A DNA stretch of 64,000 nucleotides from Mobula hypostoma (taxonomy: Eukaryota), in the NCBI RefSeq assembly GCF_963921235.1, contig NC_086097.1, forward strand, positions 211,236,001 to 211,300,000, given 5' to 3'. Below, piece after piece: positions 22,601 to 35,945 of this stretch (its first letter is position 1; the number at the start of each line of letters is the position of its first letter). The position numbers were made by a program, and so were the translations under genes. The notes below the pieces were generated by a model. It saw only the letters and a list, made by a program, of their open reading frames with translations. It ran no database searches and had not been told where the DNA came from.

Positions 22601-25600
22601 TGCTTTCACTTTGCAAATAAATCTTTCCTTGAAAGTATGAAACCAAAAAGCTGAATCCATATTCTGTTTTACAAGACCCACAAATTCCTGTGTCAGCTGA
22701 ACATGCGGATAACTGTGTGGCATGAGATAGTCATGAAGTGGGAGGAATAGGGATTCCACCAACAGAATGATGAATCACTAATTTTGGAAAATTTCACTAG
22801 CATGTATCTAACTTATAGCAAGCCAGGTAGTGGAAGCTTCACCAAGACCAGTGGAAATGCAGTGGCTAGTTAGTGTGTAGGGAAGTTACATTTCATCTTT
22901 TCTAATTAGCTGATGCAAAATAAATGGGGTAAGACAAAGGAGCCTCAACAAAAATGATAAATTATTTCTCAGATATTATTATTTCTCAGCAAATATAATC
23001 ATGACTGAAACCAACAGTGGTCAAAATAAGTATTGCATCTTGAATGAGTCTCTGACATTAAGATAGCAATCGAGTTCAGGAACAGGTAGACCCACCAAAG
23101 CTATCATCTGGGTTTATCAGCAGAATTTCTCAAGATGATGCCCTCATCTTAGCTATCTTCAGCTGCTTCACACATAACCTTAGCCTCATCACAACACTGT
23201 AAGTCATTTTTTAGCTCTCCAATGAGCAGCAAAATTTACAGTTTCTGCCATAATGCCAATCCACAGAGCAAATTGTACGTTATCTAAGCTCAGGTTGATA
23301 AACGGCAGGTGACATTCACTCCATGCCATCATAATCACCATATAAAACAAGGGATGGTCCATTAGGAATCTGCTATTGTTAAAAATTTGAGTTCTGACCT
23401 TTGACAAAATCAAGCTCCACATTAATAGTATGCAGGATGTCTCCAAATGTGTAGCTATAAAATAACCTGCTAGAAAAAATCTACATTGTCAAATTGATAG
23501 TGATAACACATTTAGAAAAATAAAAAATACCAAATGAAATGGTCAAGCCAAAGCAGAAAAAATAGTAATTCGCCAATATGAATGTTGATTTACATATTTT
23601 CTCAATAACATCAATAGCTCTTTAATTTACAAAACCATTTTCTATTATAAGCAACATTGCACAATTCTTTGTGCATAGGAATTCACTGTACCAAAATATC
23701 CATTTTGCATTTTGTCTAGCCTTCTCAATTTACTAGATTTCAGTAAACAAAATATTTTCCTGGAATGCCGCCCTTGTAAATCAGAAAATTTCTATAAACA
23801 AAGCTAATTCAAAATAGTTAAAAAGTGCTTAACTTCAATGCATTACATATCTTCATTAAGAATAGTCTTCTAAATTATTCAAACTGTTGGAAGAACTCAG
23901 AAGGTTGAATAACACTTGTTAATGGGATGGTCATCATTTTGGGTTGGGACGATGTTCCAATTTCCAGCACCTGTAGTCTCTTGCTTCTCCACTCAAAATT
24001 AGAATATGTCTTTGTCTCTTGAATCATTTTGTTTGTGCATGCAATACAAATCAGATAAATAACAAGCCAATGGTCTGTTTGGTTATTCTCTAACATTGTC
24101 TGGAAAATTAGCTTCTATGAATTGACAGAATATTTATACCTTGATACCTATTAGTATTTCTTGTTGGTTCAAAATTCATAAAATGGCATATTAAGGCACC
24201 AGAGATCATTTTCCTACATTGAAATAAAATATATTAGACACTAGACAAGCTCTTTTAAGCAGACAAACTGTACCAGCTTTCTCCAGCCCTATTACTCAGC
24301 TTAATTTACAATGTAAACAACTCCCAATAAATTTCATTTGCATGCCTTAACGCTGTATGAATGCCGCAGGAGGAAGTGATTGCATGCAACATGATGCAAG
24401 CAAAATCAAAGGATCTGAGATTAATGTATCTGAGTTACAAGCATTGGCACAATGAAATGTGTCTCTGCCTAACAAGCACTGCTGCAATTAAAAGATTTCC
24501 CTTCACGTTTTCTTTGTTCGTTTTCCCCTTTTGAGATCAATGTTTAGTTGTGTTGTATAATTTCATGGACACTGGCAGCTCTTTGGTGCCTTATCCAAGC
24601 AAATTTTTGTCCTGCTCTGAGCTAAACAAAGGCTTCATCTGCAGCTGGTTAGCAATTGTGAGGCAGGAACTTTGAATGATTTTTGCCTTCTCTGCCAAGG
24701 GTTTTGAGGTCAAATGCAGGATTTTATTGTCAGTTCAATGAGTATCCATGAACTTACAAAGATTAGCACTGAACCCTGGTACAGCACAACATTGTGTATT
24801 ATGTTACCCAGATTTAAAGATAAAAGCACATTTTGATAATGGTTCTGGAGAAAAGAAAATATGTGTTGTAAATGGGCTTGAAACTCATAGGAAACCCTGT
24901 GTCGGGTTAAGGAACTGTATTTGTACAAACAGAGGTGTGATTGGTATTGCACGCGTCCCTCCAAAACTTCAAGTTTCAGATACATATTTGATAAGAAAGC
25001 TGTGAGTCAGTATCCATCTTCAAAGTCAAGTTTTATCACAGATTATGTGGGGAACATGATTTTGTGTTGTAAAGGAGTGTATCCCATTTAAATTACAATA
25101 TTTGGGGAAGTCCAGCAATGTCAGAATATTTGAGTATATTGCCCCAAGAGTCGTAATGTACATAAAAAAGGTTCAGATAGAATGGCATTATGGTGAGAGC
25201 ACATGCCTGTTTAATATGGGGCCCGCAGGCAGCAATATTCATTTGTATTCAAAGTCACGTCAAGCACAGTAAAAATATCCTTCGTAAGGAAAATCACATG
25301 AAGTGCTCTGGCTTTGATTCCCTGTCTGCTGAGGATGGTAGCAGTTGTAAGGAAATTAAGGTCTGAAGTGAGATGAAGATACAGGTAAGGAAAAGAATAA
25401 TAGGTAGAAATGAAGAGAAGAAGGGAGCGCAAGAGAGAGAAAGGAGGGGAAGAATCTCAATGGGAGAGACAATCAGAGGAAGAAAATTATAAGCATCAAT
25501 TAGAGAATCTAGGATCATCTTTATTCATCATAGACATTTACATGTATTAGGAATATGCTGTGGTGTGTTGGTCAAGGAACAATACGCAACAAAAACAAAA

Positions 25601-25744
25601 ACATTGATGAATTGTAAAAAAGTATAAAAAGAAAGAAAAATATATATAAAATTGCACGATATATATAGGTGTCTGTCAGGACGATGATCACAATCAAGAA
25701 GAGGTTAGTTGGATGAGTGTTGTGGGAGCGGGTATGTCTGAATG

Positions 25745-26215
25745 TCAAAATTCGAAGTAAGTTTATTATCAACGTACATTAATGCCATCGTATACAACCC
25801 GATTAATACATCGTATACAATTAATTTTCTTGTGGGCATACCCAATAGTTCCATAATACAATAATAACCATAATAAAATTAATGAAACACCTCGTCAATT
25901 GGGTGTTCAACCAGTATGCAAAAGACAATAAACTGTGCAAATACAGAAAGAAAGAAAGAAAGAAGCAATAAATATCAAGAACATGAGATGAAGAGTCACT
26001 GAAAGTGAGTCCATAGGTTGTGGGAACATATCAGTAACAGGACAACTGAAAGTGAGTGAAGTTATCCCCTTTTGTTCAGCAGCATGATGGTTGAGGGGTA
26101 ATAACTGCTCCAAAACTTGGCAGTGTGAGCCCTGAGGCTCTTGTACCTTCTTCCTGATGGCGGCTGCAAGAATAGGGCATGTCCTGGGTGGTGGGAGCCC
26201 TGATGATGGATGAAA
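25745..26215 (-). mobile_element. Rex1/Babar 3' end followed by an (ATC)n microsatellite
   Basis: Same 3' UTR as 6084-6500, 46715-47150 and 52715-53615; (ATC)n at ~26219-26247. Confidence 0.75.
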
Positions 26216-26217
26216 CT

Positions 26218-26248
<31 letters not shown>

Positions 26249-27430
26249 GGACATCATCAATTAAAACAAAGACAAACTGCCTGGATTCCTCCTGCCCATG
26301 CTGCTGCCTTGGTAATGTTGGCCCTTTTAATGAAGACCTGCTTCCACAATCAGGGCCCGGGTTATCTTCGAAGAATAAATTTGTGCAAGTCATGAAAGCT
26401 ATTTGAAGTCAGTGTGCATGGCAAACCACATCTATAGATGCAAGCGTCATTAGCAGAAAGAACCCACATTTAATTTATAGATTACGCTGGCGGTTCATTA
26501 AATTTCCAATTGCCATTAGCAATTTGCTATTTGATTAAATTCAATTCTCTGGCACCCATCAGTATTGCTCTACACAATTGAATTCCATATTTTATGATTG
26601 GAAGAAATAATTCAAAAACATTAAATTTTTAAATGCACTGGAATAGAAAGCAAAAATAAATCAAGTACAGCATTAAAAACAGACATTTTTTAGTGATCAC
26701 TTCATTGCCAATGACTATTAAGTAAAAAGCTGAATAAAATAATGAAAGATATTATGTTAATATAATTTTAGGTATTTTGAGTGAAGTTAACATAGTGGAT
26801 GTGCTAAATTTACTCAGATATATGGGAAAAGATAGGAACTTTGAACTATTTTCCCCCTTAGTTTAACAAAGTGGAAAAAAAGTTGATCACGATCCAAAAG
26901 TGTAGAAGAATGTGTTGTTCTTTGGAAAAGAACTTCACTGGAAGCCAAATATAGCACCTATTCAAAATCGTACTTCACCAATAAAAATAGTTGATCCAGG
27001 TTATGAGTTTGTAACTATTCTGCCAATGGTTTCGTGGAAACTGATAAACCCACAGGTCTTGAATGTGTTTAACTCAAGCAGAACAAACAACAAAGTTAAT
27101 TTTTGACATATGATAAGAGTGTTCACAGAGTACATATTTATTCCATTGCCTTCCTTAACAAAAACTGAACATGAGCTGGATTTCTTCTGATTTATATGTT
27201 CAATCATTTCATTTAGGCTTTCAATCAAAGTACTACCTTCAGTATTATCAATAAAATTAGGACCATAAGACCATCAGATACAAGAGCAGAATTATCTGGA
27301 TGAAGAAGTGGAGGGATGGGTTAGAAAATTTGCTGATGACACAAAGGTTGGGGGTGTGTGGATAGTGTGGACGGATGTCAGAGGTTACAGCAGGACATTG
27401 ATAGGATGCATTACTGGGCTGAGAAGTGGC

Positions 27431-29495
27431 TCTTCTCTTACTAGCTCCCTTCAGTTATCTCTTACTAGATCTTCCTTCAGTTAGTCCTGACGAAGGGTCT
27501 CGGCCCGAAACGTCGACTGTACCTCTTCCTAGAGATGCTGCCTGGCCTGCTGCGTTCACCAGGAACTTTGATAGACCTATTGTCTCAGCTTGCTCCTGCC
27601 CAACCGAACTCATTTCTGCATACCTTGACACGGTTTTATCCCCCCTTGTTCAATCCCTTCCTACCTATGTTCATGACATTTCTCACACTCTTAAACTTTT
27701 CGATGATTTTAAGTTCCCTGGTCCCCTCCGCTTTATTTTCACCATGGATGTCCAGTCCCTATATACTTCCATCCCCCATCAGGAAGGTCTCAAAGCTCTC
27801 TGCTTCTTTTTAGATTCCAGACATAATCAGTTCCCCTCTACCACCACTCTGCTCTGTCTAGCGGAATTAGTCCTTACTCTTAATAATTTCTCCTTTGGCT
27901 CCTCCCACTTCCTCCAAACTAAAGGTGTAGCTATGGGCACCCGTATGGGTCCTAGCTATGCCTGCCTTTTTGTTGGCTTTGTGGAATGATCTATGTTCCA
28001 AACCTATTCTGGTATCTGTCCCCCACTTTTCCTTCGCTACATTGAAGACTGCATTGGCGCTGCTTCCTGCACGCATGCTGAGCTCGTTGACTTCATTAAT
28101 TTTGCCTCCGACTTTCACCCTGCCCTCAAGTTTACCTGGTACATTTCCAACACCACCCTCCCCTTTCTAGATCTTTCTGTCTCTGTCTCTGGAGACAGCT
28201 TATCTACTGATGTCTACTATAAGCCTACTGACTCTCACAGCTATCTGGACTATTCCTCTTCTCACCCTGTCTCTTGCAAAAATGCCATCCCCTTCTTGCA
28301 ATTCCTCTGTCTCCGCCGCATCTGCTCTCAGGATGAGGCTTTTCATTCTAGGACGAGGGAGATGTCCTCCTTTTTTAAAGAAAGGGGTTTCCCTTCCTCC
28401 ACCATCAACTCTGCTCTCAAACGCATCTCCCCCATTTCACGCGCATCTGCTCTCACTCCATCCTCCCATCACCCCACTAGGAATAGGGTTCCCCTGGTCC
28501 TCACCTACCACCCCACCAGCCTCTGGGTCCAACATATTACTCCCCGTAACTTCCGCCACCTCCAACGGGATCCCACCACTAAGCACATCTTCCAGACCCC
28601 CCCCCCCCCGCTTTCCGCAGGGATTGCTCCCTACGCGACTTCCTTGTCCATTTGTCCCCCCATTCCTCCCCACTGATCTCCCTCCTGGCACTTATCCTTG
28701 TAAGCGGAACAAGTGCTACACATGTCCTTACACTTCCTCCCTTACCACCATTCAGGGCCCCAGACAGTCCTTCCAGGTGAGGCGACACTTCACCTGTGAG
28801 TTGGCTGGGGTGATATACTGCATCTGGTGCTCCCGATGTGACCTTCTATATACTGGCGAGACCCAACACAGACTGGGAGATCATTTTGCTGAACACCTAC
28901 GCTCTGTCCACCAGAGAAAGCAGGATCTCCCAGTGGCCACACATTTTAATTCCACATCCCATTCCCATTCTGATATGTCTATCCACGGCCTCCTCTACTG
29001 TAAAGATGAAGTCACACTCAGGTTGGAGGAACAACACCTTATATTCCGTCTGGGTAGTCTCCAACCTGATGGCATGAACACTGACTTCTCTAACTTCCGC
29101 AAATGCCCCACCTCCCCCTCGTACCCCATCCGTTATTTATTTATATACACACATTCTTTCTCTCTCTCCTTTTTCTCCCTCTGTCCCTCTGACCATCCTC
29201 TGGGTTTCTCCCTCCCCCTCCTTATCTTTCCCCCTGGGCCTCCTGTCCCATGATCCTCTCATATCCCCTTTGCCAATCACCTGTCCAGTTCTTGGTTCCA
29301 TCCCTCCCCCTCCTGTCTTCTCCTATCATTTTGGATCTCCCCCTCCCCCTCCCCCTCCCCCCCCACTTTCAAATCTCTTACTAGCTCTTCCTTCAGTTAG
29401 TCCTGACAAAGGGTCTCAGCCCAAAACGTCGACTGTACCTCTTCCTAGAGATGCTGCCTGGCCTGCTGCGTTCACCAGCAACTTTGATGTGTGTT
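27431..29495 (+). mobile_element. Penelope-like element, 5'-truncated RT plus GIY-YIG endonuclease, with partial-tandem terminal repeats
   Basis: RPIVS, TMDVQSLYTSIP, QTKGVAMG, RYIED (YIDD-like), FLDL, VYYKPT; GIY-YIG VIYCIWC...LYTGET. Direct repeats at 27431-27570 and 29373-29490. TSD GCTGAGAAGTGGC/GCTGAGGAGCGGC at 27418-27430 and 29496-29508. Confidence 0.93.
27483..27518 (+). ncRNA. Minimal type I hammerhead ribozyme (Penelope terminal repeat)
   Basis: AGTC-CTGACGA-AGGG TCTCGG CCC-GAAAC-GTC-GACT: stem I AGTC/GACT, stem II GGG/CCC, palindromic ACGT stem III; predicted cleavage after C27514. Confidence 0.8.
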
Positions 29496-30597
29496 GCTGA
29501 GGAGCGGCAGATGGAGTTCAACCCAGATAAGTGTGAGGTGGTTAATTTTGGTAGGTCAAATATGATGACAGTATTTGGTATTAATGGTGAGACTCTTGGC
29601 AGTGTGGAGGATCAGAGGGATCTTAGGGTCCGAGTCCACAGGACACTCAAAGTTGCTGCGCAGGTTGACTCTGTGATTAAGAAACCATACGGTGTATTGG
29701 CCTTCATCAATCGTGGGTTTGAGTTTAGCAGCCAAGAGGTAATGTTGCAGTTATATAGTACCCTGGTCAGACCCCACTTGGAGCACTGTGCTCAGTTTTG
29801 GTCACCTCACTACAGGAAGGATGTGGAAACCATAGAAAGGGTGCAGAGGAGATTTACAAAGATGTTGCCTGGATTGGGGAGCATGCCTTATGATAATAGG
29901 TTGAGTGAACTCGGCCTTTTCTCTTTGGAGCGACGGAGGATGAGAGGTGACCTGACAGAGGTGTATAAGATGATGAGAGGCATCTATCATGTGGATAGTC
30001 AGAGGCTTTTCCCCAGGGCTGAAATGGCTAGCACAAGAGGGCACAGTTTTAAGGTGCTTGGAAGTAGGCACAGAGGAGATGTCAGGGGTAAGTTTTTTAC
30101 GCAGAGTGGTGAGCATATGGAATGGGCTGCTAGCGACGGTGGTGGAGGCGGATACGAAACGGTCTTTTAAGAGACTCCTGGACAGGTACATGAAGCTCAG
30201 AGAAATAGAGGGCTATAGGTAACCCAGGTAATTTCTAAGACAAAGACATGTTCAGCACAGTTTTGTGGGCCGAAGGGCCTGTATTGTGCTGTAGGTTTTC
30301 TATATTTCTATGTTCCTATATTTCTAATTAGGTCCTTTGGCCCATTGAATCTGCTCTGCCATTTCATCCATTTCCCTCTCAGCACCAATCTCCTGCCTTC
30401 TTCCCATAACCCTTCATGCCCTGACTTATCAAGAATCTATCAACCTCTGCCTTAGATATACCCAATGACTTGGCCTCCTCAGCTGCCAGTGGCAACAAAT
30501 TGCACAGATTCACCACTCTCTGGCTAAAGAAATTCCTTTTCATTGCATGTCCCTCTATTCTGAGGCTGTGCCCTCTGGTTTCAGACTCCCCCACCAT

Positions 30598-30893
30598 CGA
30601 TGTTCCTTCTAAGGTGTGTGCGTCTGCACATGCACAAAGGAGTTTAAATGTGTGCAAAAGGTTGGCACCCTCTTCCTCATCATAAGCAATTACATTTCCT
30701 TTCTCGGTTTCTGATGTGGAAGGTGCGGACAATGTGGAGTCTGTAATGACGTGTCTGCAGATTTTAGAACTGGCTTATTTATACTGCTTTTATTGAACAA
30801 TTTATTCAATGGACACATGTTGTCATTGGGCAAAAAATTGCACAGCGCAAGATTTTTGTGCACACTGATCAATGCAAATTAGAGGGACCATTG
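30598..30893. mobile_element. hAT-type MITE (296 bp)
   Basis: Imperfect TIRs CGATGTTCCTTCTAA / TTAGAGGGACCATTG; 8-bp TSD CCCACCAT/CCCACCAA at 30590-30597 and 30894-30901. Confidence 0.85.
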
Positions 30894-31820
30894 CCCACCA
30901 AAGGAAACATCCTCTCTACATCAACTCTGTCAAGGCCTTTCAACATTTGATAGGTTTCAATGAGATCACCCCTCATTCTTCTGAATCCCAGTGAGTACAG
31001 GTTCAGAGTCATCAATCAGTCATATGGTGACCCTTTCATTCTCAAAATATTTCTCGTGAAGCTCCTCTGAACCATCTCCAATGTCAGCTCATCCTTTCTT
31101 GGATAAGGGGCTCAAAACTGGTCACAGTGCTCCAAGTGAGGCTTCACCAGTTGCTTATAAAGTCTCAATGTTACATCATTGCTTTTATATCCTAGTCCTC
31201 TTGAAATGAATGCTAATATTGCATTTGCTTTCTTGTGTTATTACGTGTGTTTTTAATAAAGAATCTTAGTTCCCATTGGGCAGTTCACTTAGAACTGGAA
31301 GCTTCGCTGATGAGCTGGTCACACGCGCTCACAGTTGAACAGTAAGTCGGTAATAAAACGTTCCAGCGTTTACCTACACCAAATTTATCTTTATTAAGAA
31401 TAAGCATAACCTAATGTCAGAAGCTGGTATGAGGTCTACAGGCATAGAGTAAATGAATACCGTGATCAACGGAGAAAGACGCAAATTCTGATGGAGAAAA
31501 GCTGCTGGCCAGAGAAGACATTGTGTCCCGAAGTTCACCAAAAGATGGAGGCGAGAGGACGAGAGTTCCCATCACGGATATGCTAAGTCTTCCCGCAGCT
31601 ATGCAGTTTACTGTCAATCTAACACAGCCTTTCTCACCTTTTTGCCCTGGAGGAACTCTTGAAATAATTTTGAGGACTCAGGAAACCCCTGCGTAAAAAT
31701 TATTAAATCCTGGTACGTTAGCGTAGTCAATAAGTTTTAGATATAATAACCCAAAAATAATTGCTAATACTGTTTTGAGTAGAGAATGATTTTTAGCCAA
31801 CCTTTCTTGAAAGAAAGCTA

Positions 31821-31955
31821 AGTCCTGACGAAGGGTCTCGGCCTGAAACATCGACTGCACCTCTTCCTACAGATGCTGCCTGGCCTGTTGCGTTCACCAG
31901 CAACTTTGATGTGTGTTGCTTGAATTTCCAACATCTGCAGAATTCCTGTTGTTTA
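31821..31955 (+). mobile_element. Penelope terminal-repeat fragment beginning at its hammerhead motif
   Basis: AGTCCTGACGAAGGGTCTCGGCCTGAAACATCGACT followed by the same tail as 29430-29497. Confidence 0.8.
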
Positions 31956-33270
31956 AGCTTAGCTTACCTTTTTTGAAATTAATCTGTTTCTTCCCTTTCA
32001 TAAATTTTAAAATTTCATTACAGCAAACATAGTAACTTTCTGTTGAATAACTGCCTTAAGCCAAAATGGAAATTAATTTTTTCTGAAAGTAGACTCAGTA
32101 GATTTAATTTAAGTAAAGGTTATAAATTGATTTTAATTCATGCTATTTACAACATGAATATTTATAGACAATATTGAATAATAAAGTTACTAAAAACCAT
32201 GATCCAAGGCAATATGAATAATAATATAGTCTAAGACATGATTTTATACAAGACTTTGAGAAAACATTTTCTTACTAAGTGACGTAATCAGGCTCTAATA
32301 TAGGCCTAGCATATGAAACCTGTGCTTGTCTCTTTGCTGCACAAATACTCAATTCTGGGTCGAACGTGAGATAAACACACACAAATTTCGCCTTCAACTG
32401 AAATGAGACAATCTCTATCCTTGTTCTTGATGCTTGTTAAACAAGAAAAGGCTTGCTCACACATGTAAGAAGTTGAAAACGGCAGTAAAATGTTCATTGC
32501 TTTCCTGTGAATGGCTGGATACCCTTCTTTCACAGAAATCCAGAACTGGTCCAGGGGCAGGTCAGTAAATCCCATTTTGAGTACACAATCAGGCTGTATC
32601 TCACAAAGTTCTTTCTCTTCTCTCAAAATCAAGTTCTCAGGCTGAGCAGAAGATTCAGAGAAAGGGTCCCTCACCCAGTCATACACTTGTGTTGAATGGG
32701 AGGAAAAATACTGTTCAATTTTGTTCTGCAGTTCTCCCAGGTGATTTTCAATAAGACTCAAGACTTTTTGATCCTCCATTACTCTCAAGCCAAAGGAGCA
32801 GTGGAAACATTTCAAGATTTCCTTTTGCAACATGATTTTTCCAAAGATTCAGTTTCCTTTTAAATCCAGGAATTTTGTCACTTGAAATCAAAACAATTTC
32901 TCCAGGGCCTTGCAGAGACTTGTTCAACTGGTTCATATGATGAAAAATGTCTGTGAAGCAGGCTAGTTTATGTAGCAATTCTTCATCTTCAAAGCACTCA
33001 GCAAAATCTGGCTGACTATTTTCTTGAAAGTACTGCGGCAATTCACCTTTCAGCTCAAGCACCCTGTTGAGAAATCTTCCTCTGCTAAGCAACCGGATTT
33101 CTGTTTGTAGCAAGAGATTGCTCTTTGTCCAAGTTTTCACAGAGCTTTTTAAAAATTCTCGAGTGAACTGGTCTTTGTTTAATAAAGTTAACCATTTTTG
33201 TAGCATCATCCAGATCTTATTTCATATCATCGCCAAGAGTTTGACATCAGCACCTCTCTATGAAGAAATG

Positions 33271-33926
33271 AGGAGGAGGAAAAGATGGCGACGCGACGCA
33301 GCGCGCGCAGCTGCTCCGATTGAATATCAATTATGTGTAACTAGGGGGCCATGCACAATCTGGATTTGATGGAGACAGCCATGAGAAGCACAGAGGAACA
33401 TCTGGAGTAACTTCTGAAATGCCTGCTTCGCTGCCACTGCTACTGTGCGATCGAGAATCTCTGGAGACGAAGGCCCCAAATCCTGGGCTTTGCATATTGT
33501 CTGTTGCCGGGGCCGAGGTCGAGGCGCTTGGCAGAGATGGTGCTTGGTGCTCGGTGTCGAAGAGGTGATCAGAGGCTCGGAGTTTTCGGACGGATTCGGA
33601 GTTAGACTGTGGTCGGATGCTTCCAGGATGCTGCATCGGCAAGTTGGCGGCGCTGGAGGTTTACCGTCTGCGTGAGATGATGGAACTTTCAAGAGACTTT
33701 GAGACTTTTACTGTTCCATGGTCTGTCCTTATCAAATTACGGTATTGTTTTGCACTGTTATAATTATGTGGTTTTATAACTATATGTTATAATTATGTGG
33801 TTTTTGTTAGTTTTTTAAGTCGGTTTGTCATGTGTTTTTGTGATATCATCTGGAAAAACATTGTATCATTTCTTAATGCATGTATTACTGAATGAAAATG
33901 AAAGGGCACTGCGTGTCCTCATAATC
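33271..33926 (+). mobile_element. Non-autonomous retroposon (~660 bp family), copy 2, full length
   Basis: Starts AAGATGGCG with a CpG-rich head; ends in the hairpin and ATAATC tail; colinear with copies 1 and 3. Confidence 0.85.
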
Positions 33927-34263
33927 AGAATTATAAAACCACTCATGGAGCCAACTGTTGCTGCAGTACCATTAGTACAGATGCCAACACATTTCCTCCA
34001 AGAAAGACCTTTTGTTTCCACATATGAAGGCAGAACATTAAACATATCTTTGCCTTTGCTTGTTCAGAAAAAGTTTTCTTGTATTTCACCTTCATTCTTC
34101 ATTTACAAATCTTATAAATGCTGCAAAATGACATTTATTGGTGAAATCTGTTGACTCATTAACTCATAGAGAAGCAGTTGTTTTTCAATTTATCTTGCAA
34201 AACCTCTTCAGCATCCTGTGACACGTCGTCAGTACGTTGACTTAATGGACTGTTTAAGAGTGG

Positions 34264-35232
34264 CCCCCTTGTGAATGATTGTGCTCTTCTCACACACACA
34301 GAGTACGCGCTAATGACTGCAGTCACAGTTCACCAAGGCTGCAAGGGCTTTCGGGTTAACGGTCACGCTGAAGAGAACAATAATCCTCAATCAAAAGCCC
34401 CCTCATGGCATTTACAACCCACCTCAGATCATCATTGATGACCACCCTCTCACCACAGTTGAACAGTTCACCTACCTGGGAAGCGTCATCTCGAATGACG
34501 CTACGGCAGTAAGTGTCATTGACAATCGACTCACCAGAGCCAGCAGTGCCTTCGGGCACCTCCAGTTACATGTGTGGAGGAACCACAAGATGTGTTCATC
34601 CACAAAAATCCAGGTGCTCAGGGTTGTTGTGGTCACAACACTGCAATACGTCTCTGAAGCCTGGGTTTTGTACCGTAAGCAAATCCAGTTGCTCAAGCAC
34701 GGGCTCCATTCCATCATGGGCATCAGCTGGCAGGATTGTTTCTTGAACAACGAGGTCCTGGAGAAGGCTCAGCTTCTAAGCATTGAAGCCACTTTGCTGC
34801 TCAGGCAGTTCTGCTGGCCAAGCCACGTGTCTCACATGACGACTCTAGGTTACCAAAAGCAGTACTCTACGGAGAACTCTCTCAGGACATGTGGTGCCCC
34901 ACGCAAGAGGTACAAAGAGCAAAATAAGCAGCAGCTCTCTCAGGCAAATATTGAGGTCAATGAATGGCAGCAGCTGGCTTGTGACAGAGACCACTGGAGA
35001 ATGCTGATCCATCCACACAGCCAAGGACTTTGAGGAATCCAGAAAGATGTCTGCTGAAGAGAAGAGGAGATGCAGGAAAGATCCTACTACCCAGCTGTTC
35101 CCGTACCCTTACTCCTCCAGAGTCTGCAGATCCAGAATTGGCCTCTACAGTCACCAGTGATCATGCTGTCACTCCTAAGGTCTCTTTTTTCCTCCTGATC
35201 TTCGCAAGTAAGGAACCATCCATCATCATCAT
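34264..35232 (+). mobile_element. RTE-clade LINE 3' part
   Basis: VEQFTYLGSVIS, RASSAFG.L, TKIQVLRVVVVTTLQYVSEAW; (CAT)n tail; interrupts the hAT transposase. Confidence 0.85.
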
Positions 35233-35461
35233 AGAACATGAAACCTTTCCAATTTCTCCTACTGCATCTTGTCCTAGTATTTTACCCGCTATAATTTTAC
35301 ATGCTGGCATTATTAGGATCTCACCAACAATGTGACTTTCCCATTTCTGGGTAATAAGTTCTGCTACTAAATAACTTGCTTCCTGTATTTTTTTGCTGAC
35401 TGTGACTTCATTAACAATAGCTTTACTCTGTTTGTTTTGAGATTCCAATAGCCGTTTAAAA

Positions 35462-35945
35462 TAGACATAGACATAGACATACTTTATTGATCCCGAGGGA
35501 AATTGAGTTTTGTTACATCTGCACCAACCAAGAATAGAGCATAAATATAGAAATACAAAAACCACAAACAATCAAACAACAATATGCAAACTATGCCAGA
35601 TGGAAATAAGTCCAGGACCAGCCTATTGGCTCAGGGTGTCTGATCCTCCACGGGAGGAGCTGCAAATTTCGATGGCCACAGGCAGAAACAACCTCCCATG
35701 AAGCGCAGTGTTGTATCTCGGTGGAATATGGCCAGAGTCCAACAGCAAAAAGTTCAATATCCGGGCTACAAACACGTTCCTCGATCGTAATATGACCAGG
35801 ATTGGACCATCCATTGTGAACCAGAACAGCAAGCCCCCAACTCCTTTACGCTTACCGCTCTCAGTGCACTTCCGGTCAGCCCGAACAGTCTGGAAGCCCT
35901 CCATGGAAAAGTTTTGGTCGGGTATGTCCATGTGCAGTCCAAGTG
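35462..35945 (-). mobile_element. Internally deleted Rex1/Babar derivative, copy 1 (5'-truncated)
   Basis: APE fragment (EGFQTVRADR...SGKRKG) joined directly to the ORF C-terminus (FLPVAIE) and a (TATGTC)n tail. Confidence 0.8.

Larger units (their letters stand above)
27295..30325 (+). mobile_element. CR1 LINE 3' half (27295-27430 plus 29496-30325), split by a Penelope element
   Basis: KFADDTKVGG before the insert; QMEFNPDKCEV...RPHLEHCAQFWSP after it; (TTTCTATG)-like tail; AATTA flanks. Confidence 0.9.

Noticed and set aside
26076..26406. Poly-Met, poly-Ile and poly-Ser ORFs
   Set aside because: They are artefacts of the (ATC)n microsatellite.
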